Part shown: positions 1-9,757 of the stretch, piece after piece | How the letters are laid out: every line of letters begins with the position of its first letter | How positions within the stretch are numbered: position 1 is the first letter of the stretch | Position numbers and translations under genes: made by a program | NCBI RefSeq assembly: GCF_000306885.1 | Contig: NC_018267.1 | Coordinates: 840,001 to 872,000 of the forward strand | Direction of reading: 5' to 3' | Length of the DNA: 32,000 nucleotides | DNA from: Wolbachia endosymbiont of Onchocerca ochengi | GTDB taxonomy: Bacteria > Pseudomonadota > Alphaproteobacteria > Rickettsiales > Anaplasmataceae | Notes under the pieces: generated by a model | Told to the model about the DNA's origin: nothing | Seen by the model: only the letters and a program-made list of their open reading frames with translations | Databases searched by the model: none

Positions 1-978
1 ATCACAACGCATTATCCCGCCAAATATGTTAACTAAAATTCCTCTTACGTTACTATCAGACAATATAATCCTAAATGCTTTGGTAACAGCTTCCTTATTT
101 GCTCCACCGCCAACGTCTAAAAAGTTGGCTGGCTTTGCTCCGTAGTACTTTATTATATCCATTGTTGCCATAGCAAGACCTGCACCATTCACCATGCAAC
201 CAATATTGCCATCCATTTTTATATAACTAAGCCCATGTTTTGAGGCTTCTATTTCTTCCTTTACTTCTTCATCATAATCACGGAGTTGCGCAATTTCTGG
301 ATGACGGTATAAAGCATTGTCATCAAAATCAATCTTTGCATCGAGCGCAACAAAATCTCTAGAATCTGTCTCAGCTAGTGGATTAATCTCTATTTGATTT
401 GCGTCAGTTGCAATAAATGCATTATATACACTTTTTGCAACACTTGTTATTTTTTTTATTTGTTCTGGACTTAAATTAAGACTACTGCTTAACTTTCTAC
501 TATCAAAACTTGCAAAACCAGAAGCAGGACTAATATCGAGCTTCACTATTTTCATAGGAGAGCTCTTCGCAACTTTTTCAATATCCATTCCACCTTCTGA
601 AGAAAATATGAATGTTGGCCTGCTAAGTTTTAGATCAACTACTAAACCTAAATAATACTCTTTCTTAATAGTTGAACCCTCTTCAATGTAAACCCTTTTT
701 ACTTGCTGCCCACTTGGCCCTGTTTGATGAGTTAGCAAAGTCATACCAATCATATCCTTCACAAGCTGTTGAGCTTCTTCAGTTGACTTTGCCAGTCTTA
801 CACCGCCAGCTTTGCCCCTTCCACCTGCATGAATCTGAGCTTTAACTACAAGTATGTCAGACTTCAGTTGATTTATTTTAGTCTCTATTCCTTCTGCAGA
901 CGTAGTAACAAAACCGCTTAAAACTGGAACATTAAATTTACGTAAGATCTCTTTTGCTTGATATTCATGAACATTCAT
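1..978 (-). CDS. sucC: Succinyl-CoA ligase (ADP-forming) beta subunit, partial, truncated by left window edge
   Basis: Minus-strand reading from ATG at 978 gives [34 protein letters not shown]..., the classic SucC ATP-grasp N-terminus; the frame stays open toward the window edge, with conserved segments such as the GGRGKAGGV stretch. Confidence 0.95.
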   Translation of the reverse strand, partial: MNVHEYQAKEILRKFNVPVLSGFVTTSAEGIETKINQLKSDILVVKAQIHAGGRGKAGGVRLAKSTEEAQQLVKDMIGMTLLTHQTGPSGQQVKRVYIEEGSTIKKEYYLGLVVDLKLSRPTFIFSSEGGMDIEKVAKSSPMKIVKLDISPASGFASFDSRKLSSSLNLSPEQIKKITSVAKSVYNAFIATDANQIEINPLAETDSRDFVALDAKIDFDDNALYRHPEIAQLRDYDEEVKEEIEASKHGLSYIKMDGNIGCMVNGAGLAMATMDIIKYYGAKPANFLDVGGGANKEAVTKAFRIILSDSNVRGILVNIFGGIMRCD

Positions 979-1005
979 AAAACAACCAATATAAACTATT
1001 AAAAA

Positions 1006-1206
1006 TTATAAACCATAACGCTGTCTTCTACTCTCTTGTTGGCGCCTTTTTTTTTTAACTTCAGCTTTCTTTTTAGCTCTTACTTCTGATTTCTTTTCAT
1101 GATATTGTTTTTTTATTTTTACCCCTCTTCCTTCTTTCTGAATTGTTTTTTTTAATATTGGAAAAGCCCTACTTACATCACCATAATGAACTGATACTTC
1201 AATCAA
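1006..1206 (-). CDS. rpsU: 30S ribosomal protein S21
   Basis: 66 aa basic protein MIEVSVHYGDVSRAFPILKKTIQKEG... ending KKKRRQQESRRQRYGL, typical S21; 27 bp upstream of sucC on the same strand. Confidence 0.9.
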   Translation of the reverse strand: MIEVSVHYGDVSRAFPILKKTIQKEGRGVKIKKQYHEKKSEVRAKKKAEVKKKRRQQESRRQRYGL

Positions 1207-1400
1207 ACTCTACCCCTTGGATAATTACCTCAAAAACCTACTTGTAAATTAGAAAATTAACATTGTCAATTATTTTATAAACTCAAGCATTAAGTTATAA
1301 CATAACTGAACGTTAAATTCTGACTACTAAGAACATCAAAGTCTTTTAACTTACTGTGTATAAAACTATCTCACACTGGAACAATAAGGGTAGGCCAATA

Positions 1401-1904
1401 TTAGTTAAAATTCTCATTACTTATGGTATCTTTTTGTTGTTGACTCTGTTGTTTATACATAGCTTCAAAATCTATAGGATCCAATATAAGAGAAGGAAAC
1501 CCACCACTACTTGTAACCCGTGCAATTATTTCCCTTGCAAAAGGAAAAAGAAAAGTAGGCCCACCTATAAATAAAGCTTGTCTAGCCCCCTCTGCACTTA
1601 GCTTTGCTGAGTTTTCTATTGAAAAAAGACCACAGTATTTCGTTTCACAAATAAAAGCAACACTATCTTTCATACTTTCACTCTCTATCACTGCTTTGAC
1701 TTCTATATGCAAAGTAACTTCATGGAAAGATTTTTCTTCATCATTTTCTTCGTTACTTTCAGCTCCTTTCAACTTCACTGAATTGACATTAACCATTACA
1801 TTAATACTGGGAGCTTCCTTTAAAGAAAGGAATGGTGAATTCGGGTTTTCAAACGATAGATCCTTAATATATTGGCCATGAATTTTTATTTTGTACTGTG
1901 ACAT
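1401..1904 (-). CDS. secB: Protein-export chaperone SecB
   Basis: 167 aa ORF with SecB-type features: YIKDLSFENPNSP, VTLHIEVKAV, GPTFLFPFAREIIARVTSSGGFPSLILDPIDF. Confidence 0.92.
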   Translation of the reverse strand: MSQYKIKIHGQYIKDLSFENPNSPFLSLKEAPSINVMVNVNSVKLKGAESNEENDEEKSFHEVTLHIEVKAVIESESMKDSVAFICETKYCGLFSIENSAKLSAEGARQALFIGGPTFLFPFAREIIARVTSSGGFPSLILDPIDFEAMYKQQSQQQKDTISNENFN

Positions 1905-2070
1905 TTCTTACGCCTCCATAATTAAGTTGAAGTATTTAACGTTTTCTTCTACAATATAGTCATTTATAGATAAATAGTAAATCCAAATCGCAGATTGACA
2001 TAGAACAAGCACACTTTTATTAATAATTAATAATGTTCAGGTACTTTACATGCTAAGGAGTTGAATTACT

Positions 2071-2736
2071 ATGATAGAGCTTGTAATATATGCTTTATTA
2101 GCGGCATTCATTTTTTCGCGATTATATAACTCTTTAGGAAGGTTAACAAACTCAAACTTAAGAAAATTAACTAATGTACTTGATATAAGCCAAAGTAACA
2201 AAGACGTAGCAGAAGACATTGAAGACTACATCAATAGTAACGACAAAAACTCAATAAAAGCCACTTACAAACAAATATTACAAAAAAATAAAGATTTCTC
2301 CATTTCCCATTTTATGGAAGGTTCAAGTATAGCTTTTGAACTAATAATAAAGTATTTTAATCAGGGGAATCTACTTAAGCTAAAACCTCTCTTAGATAAA
2401 GGCTTATATAATAACTTTGCAGAGAAAATTAGACATCGTAAGGAAACACATGAATCTATAATTGTTTCCATTACTTCACAAAAGATTTTAGAAATAAAAC
2501 TAGTGAAAAACGTAGTGTTTATCACAGTGTATTTTCTTTCAGAGCAAATTAATTTTGTTAAGGATGATAATGGAAATATTGTATCAGGTAGCACATCAAC
2601 GATTAATAGAGTTGAGGATATGTGGCAATTCAAAAAAAATATCAATTCATCAGATCCAAGCTGGCTGCTTGTTTCTATTAACTACAATAAAGACAATTAT
2701 GATAATGATCCAATAACAAATGGTAAACAAGACTAG
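2071..2736 (+). CDS. Tim44/TimA-like domain protein, N-terminal membrane anchor
   Basis: 221 aa ORF with N-terminal TM segment (MIELVIYALLAAFIFSRLYNSLG), a KATYKQILQKNKDFSISHFMEGSSIAFELIIKYFNQGNLLKLKPLLDKGLYNNF region and EDMWQFKKNINSSDPSWLLVSI ending, as in alphaproteobacterial Tim44-domain proteins. AAGGAG RBS at about 2055-2060. Confidence 0.8.
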   Translation: MIELVIYALLAAFIFSRLYNSLGRLTNSNLRKLTNVLDISQSNKDVAEDIEDYINSNDKNSIKATYKQILQKNKDFSISHFMEGSSIAFELIIKYFNQGNLLKLKPLLDKGLYNNFAEKIRHRKETHESIIVSITSQKILEIKLVKNVVFITVYFLSEQINFVKDDNGNIVSGSTSTINRVEDMWQFKKNINSSDPSWLLVSINYNKDNYDNDPITNGKQD

Positions 2737-2754
2737 TATTGTTTAAAGTTAATC

Positions 2755-3450
2755 ATGAAAAGTAAGCTGCGTGAAATAGTACTTGATATTGAAACTACAG
2801 GCCTTGATATTGAATTTGGCCACCGGATTATTGAAATAGGGTGTATAGAATTGATTAATCGAGTCCCAACAGGCAAAGTATTCCATCAGTATTTTAACCC
2901 AGAAAGGGATGTACCTTATCACTCATTTAAGATTCATGGCATTAGTGAAGAATTTTTGGAAGATAAGCCATTATTTTCAGATGTCGTACTTGAATTTCTT
3001 GACTTTATATCTACCGATATTTTAATAATTCATAACGCTGAATTTGATATTAAGTTTCTTAATATGGAACTTAGTAAACTAAATACCGGATTAATTTCTT
3101 CGGACAGAGTGTTGGATACATTACCACTTGCAAGAAAAAAGTTTGCAGGTTCACCCGCATCTTTAAGTGCATTATGTAAGCGTTTTAATATATCGCTAAA
3201 GGACAGAGAATTACACGGAGCACTAATTGATGCTCAGCTGCTTGCAAAAGTTTATGTTGAGCTTACAGGAGGGTTACAAACTTTCTTATTTGATAATCAG
3301 TGCAAGCAAGATAATAATTCCACAGTCATTTACCGTAAAATACGTGATTTATCTCGTAGGAAACACTCACCAAGCAATGAAGAAATTAATGAACATAGAA
3401 AACTGTTGGATAAAATTAACAACCCACTTTGGAAAGAACATATTGAATAA
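2755..3450 (+). CDS. dnaQ: DNA polymerase III epsilon subunit (3'-5' exonuclease)
   Basis: 231 aa with DEDDh exonuclease motifs: LDIETTGLD, HNAEFDIKFL, HGALIDAQLLAKVY. Confidence 0.95.
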   Translation: MKSKLREIVLDIETTGLDIEFGHRIIEIGCIELINRVPTGKVFHQYFNPERDVPYHSFKIHGISEEFLEDKPLFSDVVLEFLDFISTDILIIHNAEFDIKFLNMELSKLNTGLISSDRVLDTLPLARKKFAGSPASLSALCKRFNISLKDRELHGALIDAQLLAKVYVELTGGLQTFLFDNQCKQDNNSTVIYRKIRDLSRRKHSPSNEEINEHRKLLDKINNPLWKEHIE

Positions 3451-3493
3451 GTTGGCTAACAAGATATAATCTTATTTTATTTAAGGTGTTCTA

Positions 3494-4108
3494 ATGATAA
3501 AGTTTGTAAGATTATTATCTACCATGCTAATAGTATTAGCAGTTATTTTTCTTAGTTATTGTTATTTCACCAAAAAAGGCATATTTGCTCCAATAGTTAT
3601 TCACAAAGCAGAAGTTAAAATAGGGGGAGATTTTGTTCTGATTAATCAAGATAATCAAATTATACGCAGTAATGATTTTAAAGATAAATATATGATGATT
3701 TTTTTCGGGTTTTCTTCATGCAAAAAGGTTTGTCCCATGAATCTTGGAATAATCTCGGAGGTACTTGCAAAACTAGATGAGAAAACCAATAAAAAGCTAC
3801 AAACATTTTTTATAACAGTTGACCCTGAACGGGATAATACAGAAAAACTTAAAGAATTCCAACAGCAATTTGACCATAGAATACAAATGTTAACTGGTGA
3901 AAGAGAAAAAATAGATGAGGTAATCACGAGTTATAAAGTATACACCAGCAAAATTGGTGAAGAAGAGGAAATCAACCATTCTTCGATAATATATCTCATT
4001 GGTCCTGGAGGAAAATATGCTACGCACTTTGTAGCTGACCTAAACTCAGACGAAAGTCAATCTGATAAGATTGTAGCTGAAATTAAGAAACATATAAATG
4101 AACCATAA
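3494..4108 (+). CDS. SCO1/SenC family protein (cytochrome oxidase copper-chaperone/thioredoxin-like)
   Basis: 204 aa, N-terminal TM segment, FGFSSCKKVCPMNLGIISEVL (CxxxC) and FFITVDPERDNTEKLKEF, with conserved His in HSSIIYLIGPGG. Confidence 0.9.
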   Translation: MIKFVRLLSTMLIVLAVIFLSYCYFTKKGIFAPIVIHKAEVKIGGDFVLINQDNQIIRSNDFKDKYMMIFFGFSSCKKVCPMNLGIISEVLAKLDEKTNKKLQTFFITVDPERDNTEKLKEFQQQFDHRIQMLTGEREKIDEVITSYKVYTSKIGEEEEINHSSIIYLIGPGGKYATHFVADLNSDESQSDKIVAEIKKHINEP

Positions 4109-4178
4109 GATTCTCTTGCTTAAAATTGTACACTAAGTTCAAGATAATTAGTATTTAAAATCAGAGGTATAGATAGGT

Positions 4179-5444
4179 TCATTTACCGATATAGAGTTGT
4201 CTTGGTCTACAAACCTTAGTTTCCCTGTCACTCATCATTTCATACCATTGAGTAACCCATCCAGTGGTTCTTGAAAGGGCAAAAATAGGCGTGAACATAT
4301 TTGAAGGAATATTAATAGCATTCATTATTATGCCTGAGTAAAAATCAACATTAGGATACAACTTACGCACAATAAAATACTCATCCTTTAAAGCCATTTC
4401 TCCAAGCCTCTTTGCAACCTTAAGTAGTTCATTATTTTGTTCAAGCTTATCTAAAATTTCATCACAAGTATCTTTTAATATGCGTGCACGTGGATCGTAA
4501 TTTTTATAAACACGATGTCCAAACCCCATCAATCTAAATGGATCTTTATCATCTCTAGCTTTTTCAATAAATTTATCTATATCTCCACTTTGTCTTATTT
4601 CTTCTAACATATTTATAGTTGCCTCATTAGCACCACCATGTGCTGGTCCCCAAAGTGTAGCAACTCCTGCAGATAGACTCGCTAATAAATTAGAACCAGC
4701 AGATCCTACTAATCTGACAGCTGTTGTAGAAGCATTTTGCTCATGGTCAGCATGAAGAGTAAATATTTTATCGAGAGCTCTTGCAAAAAGAGTGCCCCTA
4801 TCGTTATTAAAAGCATCGCCGAACATCATCCTCAAGAAATTTTCACTATAGTTTAATTCATTATTGGTATTTATAAATGCCTGATCGTTTATATACCTAT
4901 ATATCATTGCAACAATTACAGGAATCTGGGCTATTGCAGAGATTCCAAAATTCAGGTCTTCATTATTAATATTAGTACCATGTTTTTCATAGTACAATGC
5001 TGACAAACTTGCAAAACATGCAATCAAAATTGACATAGGATGAGCAGTTTTTGGAAATGCTTTAATTACATCAATAACCTGTTCCGGCACTTTAGATAAC
5101 TCTTTTATTTTTAGAAGAAACGTTCTGTGTTGACTTGAACTAGGTAATTTACCATAAAGCAATAGATAAATTACAGCAGTAAAATCATTATTCTCTGTTA
5201 AATCAGCTATATCATGTCCCCTATATCTAAGGACTCCTTTATCTCCATCAATAAATGTAATTGCAGAAGAACACGAAGATGTGGAAATAAACCCTGGATC
5301 ATAAGTGAATAGCCCTGTTGCCTTATATAAATCCTTAATATTTAACACATCAGGGCCTATTGTTCCACTTAATATGGGTAGCTCAACCTTTAACCCATTG
5401 TTTAATTCTAATAACGCTTTTTTATCCATAACCCGGTCTATCAA
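4179..5444 (-). CDS. gltA: Citrate synthase
   Basis: 421 aa; contains GDKGVLRYRGHDIADL, HADHEQNASTTAVRLVGSAGSN, GPAHGGANEA, MGFGHRVYKNYDPRA, FYSGI. An alternative start at 5429 is possible. Confidence 0.97.
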   Translation of the reverse strand: MIDRVMDKKALLELNNGLKVELPILSGTIGPDVLNIKDLYKATGLFTYDPGFISTSSCSSAITFIDGDKGVLRYRGHDIADLTENNDFTAVIYLLLYGKLPSSSQHRTFLLKIKELSKVPEQVIDVIKAFPKTAHPMSILIACFASLSALYYEKHGTNINNEDLNFGISAIAQIPVIVAMIYRYINDQAFINTNNELNYSENFLRMMFGDAFNNDRGTLFARALDKIFTLHADHEQNASTTAVRLVGSAGSNLLASLSAGVATLWGPAHGGANEATINMLEEIRQSGDIDKFIEKARDDKDPFRLMGFGHRVYKNYDPRARILKDTCDEILDKLEQNNELLKVAKRLGEMALKDEYFIVRKLYPNVDFYSGIIMNAINIPSNMFTPIFALSRTTGWVTQWYEMMSDRETKVCRPRQLYIGK

Positions 5445-5507
5445 ATTTTATATAAAGCATGCAAACTAAAAAGTATATATAACTTGGTTAACTTTAGATT
5501 AATCGCA

Positions 5508-5777
5508 TTAAACAGTCATTAATGCTTTTACTTTTGCATTCAAGCGACTTATTTTACGCGCAGCAGTATTCTTATGAAGAACACCTTTATTTACACACTT
5601 GTGCAAATTAGATTCAGCGTTTCGAAATGCTAAAATGACATTTTCTTTATCACCAGACTTAATTATATCAACTAATTTTTTAATAGCAGTGCGAGTTTTG
5701 CTTTTACGAATTTTATTTACTAAAGTGCGTTTTGCTATTACCTTTACCATTTTTTTAGCACTCTTATGATTTGCCAT
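5508..5777 (-). CDS. rpsT: 30S ribosomal protein S20
   Basis: 89 aa MANHKSAKKMVKVIAKRTLVNKIRKSKTRTAIKKL... NTAARKISRLNAKVKAL, typical S20. Confidence 0.93.
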   Translation of the reverse strand: MANHKSAKKMVKVIAKRTLVNKIRKSKTRTAIKKLVDIIKSGDKENVILAFRNAESNLHKCVNKGVLHKNTAARKISRLNAKVKALMTV

Positions 5778-5806
5778 ATATTAAGACCTAAAACACTGTA
5801 TTTTTT

Positions 5807-6550
5807 TTATTGTAAATACTTTTCAGTAATTTGCAATACCAGTTTTCTTGTGGCCAATTTACTACTTTTTCCTTCAATAGTTTTTTTTAAATTTTTCAAG
5901 AATTCGCCTTTGCTTAATCCAGGATATATTGGAGGCAATATTTCTATTACTGCCTTTCCAGGATTTTTTCTCATAGAAAGTATGCTCTTTGGCCAAAATA
6001 AACCAGTATTTAAAGCAACTGGCAATACAGGAACAGATAATACACTATATAAAGCAACTACCCCTGATTGATATTTCGTCTTTTGCTTTGCAACTGTTCT
6101 GGTGCCTTCAGGAAATATGATTATGTTCCTATTTTCTTTCACACGTAACTTAGCTAACTTAACAATATAGCGTATAGAACTGATACCATCTGAGCGATTG
6201 ATAAAAATCATTCCAAGTGCCATGAGGTGCAAGCCAATAAATGGAATCCATTTCAGTTCACGTTTTAAAACAAAAACTGCATTTCTAAATAAAAGCATAA
6301 AAATAAATGTCTCAAACGGAGATTGATGCTTAGAAGCTATTATGAAGGGCTGCTTTGGAACGTTTTCCATTCCCCTAATTTCATATTCAACACCACATAG
6401 TAAACGAAGCATGTATAATACAATCTTTATTGAGAAGGTAAGAAAAATAGTTACTACATGTGTAGGAAAAAAGAGTATGGGAAGAGTAACTAAAGTATAA
6501 AGCACCTCCCATAATATAAGAAAAAAATTAAATAACAAACTTGAAGTCAC
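5807..6550 (-). CDS. plsC: 1-acyl-sn-glycerol-3-phosphate acyltransferase
   Basis: 247 aa with acyltransferase motifs ASKHQSPFETF, MGMIFINRSDG, IFPEGTRT and LPVALNTG. Confidence 0.92.
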   Translation of the reverse strand: MTSSLLFNFFLILWEVLYTLVTLPILFFPTHVVTIFLTFSIKIVLYMLRLLCGVEYEIRGMENVPKQPFIIASKHQSPFETFIFMLLFRNAVFVLKRELKWIPFIGLHLMALGMIFINRSDGISSIRYIVKLAKLRVKENRNIIIFPEGTRTVAKQKTKYQSGVVALYSVLSVPVLPVALNTGLFWPKSILSMRKNPGKAVIEILPPIYPGLSKGEFLKNLKKTIEGKSSKLATRKLVLQITEKYLQ

Positions 6551-6605
6551 AAATCCAGATGAATTTATTTAAGTCTAACTCTACTACAAACTTAAAACAA
6601 CAAGT

Positions 6606-7592
6606 TTAACTATTGATTACCTGAGTAATAGGATGCAAATCAGCTAATTCAGCTTTCAATTCTTTATTAGTAATGTGAGTATATATTTGTGCTGTAGAAA
6701 GGTTAGTATGACCAAGAACTCTTTGTATCAGTGTAATGCTTGCTCCACTATCGAGTAAATGAGTAGCAAAAGAATGCCTAATTACATGCGGAGAGATTTT
6801 ACTTTCATCAATATTACATTTTCTCGCCAATTCCTTAATTAATTGACCGATTCTCTGCTTGTAATCTGCCTATTGGGTTTATTACCTGTGGAAATAACCA
6901 ATCAGATTCCTTATCTCCAAGTATTAGGTTGTGACGAACTAATAAATAATTTTTAAGGCTTTTTAGTGCTTGTTCCTTAAAAAGGATTCTCCTTTCTTTA
7001 CCACTTTTTCCTTTTATGATTATGTAACATTCTTTATCACTATTGTTTACTAAATGTAACACTTCACATAACTTTATATTAATCAGTTCAGTAATACGCA
7101 TACCAGAAGAGTAAAGGATATCTAAAATGGTACATGATCTCCTATTGCTTATCTCTTTATTTGATCTGCTTACTGATTTTCTGACTGTGTTCATTAGTAA
7201 AAGCATTTCCCCAACACTCAAATACTTTAGTAAAGGACGAGAAACTCTTGGATTTTTTAATTCATCATCACTAGCCAGAGCTGGATTGAAGTCTATTATT
7301 GTATCATTAAATAGGCACTTATAAAAATTTTTCATAACAGATATTTTTCTTATATAGAACTACTTTTATATTTCTTTTGTATACTTAGATACCTAACATA
7401 ATCTTTAATATTAGCTTTGCTTGCACTAATTAAAGTAGTACCACTTTTAAATAAAAAACTCTCAAGTTAAAGTAAATCTGAACAATAACTTTCTAAAGTA
7501 TTTTGCATAGCAGATCTTTTTGATACCAAAGCATCTATATAATACGTTATGTAAAGGTTTCCTTTTTTACCCTGCAACTGTTTACTCTGCAT
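6606..7592 (-). pseudogene. xerD: XerD-like tyrosine recombinase, disrupted (in-frame stop plus at least two frameshifts)
   Basis: Split over track ORFs 6835-7335 and 6606-6830. The C-terminal part holds catalytic motifs SPHVIRHSFATHLLDSGASITLIQRVLGHTNLSTAQIYTH; the middle part holds LDILYSSGMRITELINIKLCEV. The N-terminus, read by hand upstream of 7335, is MQSKQLQGKKGNLYITYYIDALVSKRSAMQNTLESYCSDLL*LESFLFKSGTTLISASKANIKDYVRYLSIQKKYKSSSI, followed by a frame change into IRKISVMKNFYKCLF. Confidence 0.85.
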
Positions 7593-7752
7593 TATTAGCC
7601 TCTATATTTATTTCTTTGACTACAGTTTGATTAGAAATGTTACTCATATTTTTTATTAGGAAATACGAGATAAATAAAGCATTTACTAATATTATAAGTA
7701 CAATAAACTTTCGTCTTAATTTTTTTTTCAGACTTGATCTTACTTTTACCAT
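7582..7752 (-). CDS. Small hypothetical membrane protein (56 aa)
   Basis: Hand-read ORF missed by the ORF-track length cut: MVKVRSSLKKKLRRKFIVLIILVNALFISYFLIKNMSNISNQTVVKEINIEANNAE*. Basic N-terminus then a single TM segment; its end overlaps the start of the xer pseudogene. Confidence 0.4.
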   Translation of the reverse strand: MVKVRSSLKKKLRRKFIVLIILVNALFISYFLIKNMSNISNQTVVKEINIEANNAE

Positions 7753-7915
7753 AGTTAAATTATAACATTCAAATCTATAGAAAATACCTTATAAACTACC
7801 ATAATAACTATCCCTTGATCATATCTAATTATATCTATATTAAAATGATAATTTTCTATAGCACTAATGTGATTAAGTGGTGGCTCATTTACAGAGCATA
7901 GATGTTAATAAATTC

Positions 7916-8569
7916 TTAATATATATGATAATCGCTCTTTTTTAGTAAAGTACTAACAAAAGGAATGGTAATATTTGATCCCATAGATTCATTATCTATT
8001 CTCTCCATAATTTTATTAACACTATGAAAAGAACGTTCTATTCTTGCTAAAATATAATCAATCACTCTCAAATTAACCCTCATTTGTTTATCTGAAAATC
8101 GTTTTACCAACATAATTCGCAACAGTTCTTCGCTTGCAGGTGGAATTTTCACACTGGTAGTTGATAGTACACGAGAACTTAAATCTTTTAATTTTAAATT
8201 AAGTTTTTTTGGTGAAGATGAAGAAGTAATAAGTAGTCTTTTGTTATTTTCTTTCATATAGTTGTAACAATGTAACAACATTGCTTGATCTTGAACATTT
8301 TGTACATCTTCTAAAATAAAAGCATTGCTATATCTCATCTCATTTACAAAATTATTTACATTGATAAAAATTGCATTATTTATCGATCGCCAGATGTGAG
8401 CAAGATGAGTCTTACCAGAACCTTTAGGTCCAAAGAGAATCATACATTTCCAAGACAGATCATCAATTACTGAATTGTACACATGCTTATTTTCACCTAA
8501 AACAATAAAATTTTGCCAACTATAATCAGTTTGATTATTGCTAAATAAATTTAATTGCATACTAAACAT
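7916..8569 (-). CDS. hda: DnaA-related replication regulator, Hda/HdaA-like
   Basis: 217 aa; N-terminal QLNLF followed by a DnaA-like AAA+ fold with Walker A GPKGSGKTHLAH, no C-terminal DnaA DNA-binding domain. Start may be the internal Met at 8560. Confidence 0.85.
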   Translation of the reverse strand: MFSMQLNLFSNNQTDYSWQNFIVLGENKHVYNSVIDDLSWKCMILFGPKGSGKTHLAHIWRSINNAIFINVNNFVNEMRYSNAFILEDVQNVQDQAMLLHCYNYMKENNKRLLITSSSSPKKLNLKLKDLSSRVLSTTSVKIPPASEELLRIMLVKRFSDKQMRVNLRVIDYILARIERSFHSVNKIMERIDNESMGSNITIPFVSTLLKKSDYHIY

Positions 8570-8683
8570 AACCCCTACACCTCTGACAGTGAGTTTTGTG
8601 TTAAAATTTGCTTATTCTTGTTATGTATAAATAATATTTTAAAGTCCATGTTCTTCATTATCATAAGTTATATAAAAAATCTG

Positions 8684-9757
8684 TTAACCACCCTTATAAA
8701 ACTCACTTTGAAGATATATATCTATTGCATATCTTATTGATACATTAATAATCGCTATTATTGGAATAAAAAGTAATATACCTATCAACCCAAAATATGA
8801 AGCACATGTAGTTACTCCAAGGATAATTACAGCTGGATATATATGAACTTTTTTCCCTATTAATAAAGGAATTAGTATGTTCGCATCTATTAACTGTCCA
8901 ACACTAAATAATGCTAAAACAGCAGCGCTTTTGAACCACCCACTGAATTGAGCAATAGCACTCAAAAACCCAATAATAGTATATATTAATGGCCCTATAT
9001 AAGGTATAAATGTTAATATTCCTGATAAAATTCCAATAGCAACAGGATGTTTCAACCCGATTATACTAAGACCTATAGAATAAAAGGCCATCATAACAAC
9101 GCATATGTTTACCTGCCCTTTTAGGTAATTAAGTATAATAAAATCTACTTTTGAAAAAAAAACTGCAACTTTTTCTTTATAAGGAACAGGAACTAATTCA
9201 CTAATCTTTATTATAATTAGAGGCCAATCACGCAATATATAGAAAAACATTACCGGAATAATTACTACCAATGATACTACATGAATTAAGTTAAAGCTTG
9301 AGCTTAACACCTGGACAATAAAATTACCTATAATACCAAAAGCGTTTATAGAATAAGATATATAATCGCCGCAATTTTTTACTAGATTTTCAGATAAGTG
9401 ATCAAACAAACCATCTCCTACTTTTATATTAAGAAACTCTAATGCAGATGAGATACCTTTAAGGTTTAAGAAAGGTGCTTTACTGATTAAAAAATTTAAT
9501 ATCGAAGTAATTTGAACATATATAATAGGTAAAACAAATGTAACAATTAATACAAGAACCAGCAGTAGCACAAATATTATAAAAATTACAGAATATAGGC
9601 GCGGTATTTTATGCTTTTCAAACTTTACTACTAGCGGATTGAATAAATATGCTACAACAATAGATATTAAGCATGGAAAAATCATAGGGTACACTAAGAA
9701 TAACGTGCCAATTATAGGAGGTAGTGCAAGACAAATAGATATATGAAGTTTTTGCAT
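8684..9757 (-). CDS. AI-2E family / PerM-type membrane permease
   Basis: 357 aa polytopic membrane protein with FNPLVVKFEKHKIPR-like N-terminus and LIPLLIGKKVHIYPAVIILGVTTCASYFGLIGILLFIPIIAIINV C-terminus typical of this family. Confidence 0.88.
   Translation of the reverse strand: MQKLHISICLALPPIIGTLFLVYPMIFPCLISIVVAYLFNPLVVKFEKHKIPRLYSVIFIIFVLLLVLVLIVTFVLPIIYVQITSILNFLISKAPFLNLKGISSALEFLNIKVGDGLFDHLSENLVKNCGDYISYSINAFGIIGNFIVQVLSSSFNLIHVVSLVVIIPVMFFYILRDWPLIIIKISELVPVPYKEKVAVFFSKVDFIILNYLKGQVNICVVMMAFYSIGLSIIGLKHPVAIGILSGILTFIPYIGPLIYTIIGFLSAIAQFSGWFKSAAVLALFSVGQLIDANILIPLLIGKKVHIYPAVIILGVTTCASYFGLIGILLFIPIIAIINVSIRYAIDIYLQSEFYKGG

Noticed and set aside
1356-1881. Track ORFs 1356-1574 and 1696-1881 (+)
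   Set aside because: Antisense to the SecB coding frame with no recognisable product.
2361-3927. Track ORFs 2361-2645 (-), 3227-3469 (+) and 3655-3927 (-)
   Set aside because: Overlap Tim44-like, dnaQ and SCO1/SenC genes in other frames; no family features.
5766-8740. Track ORFs 5766-6071 (+), 7127-7324 (+), 8555-8740 (+)
   Set aside because: Antisense to plsC and the xer pseudogene, or straddling the hda/permease junction; low-complexity AT-rich translation.
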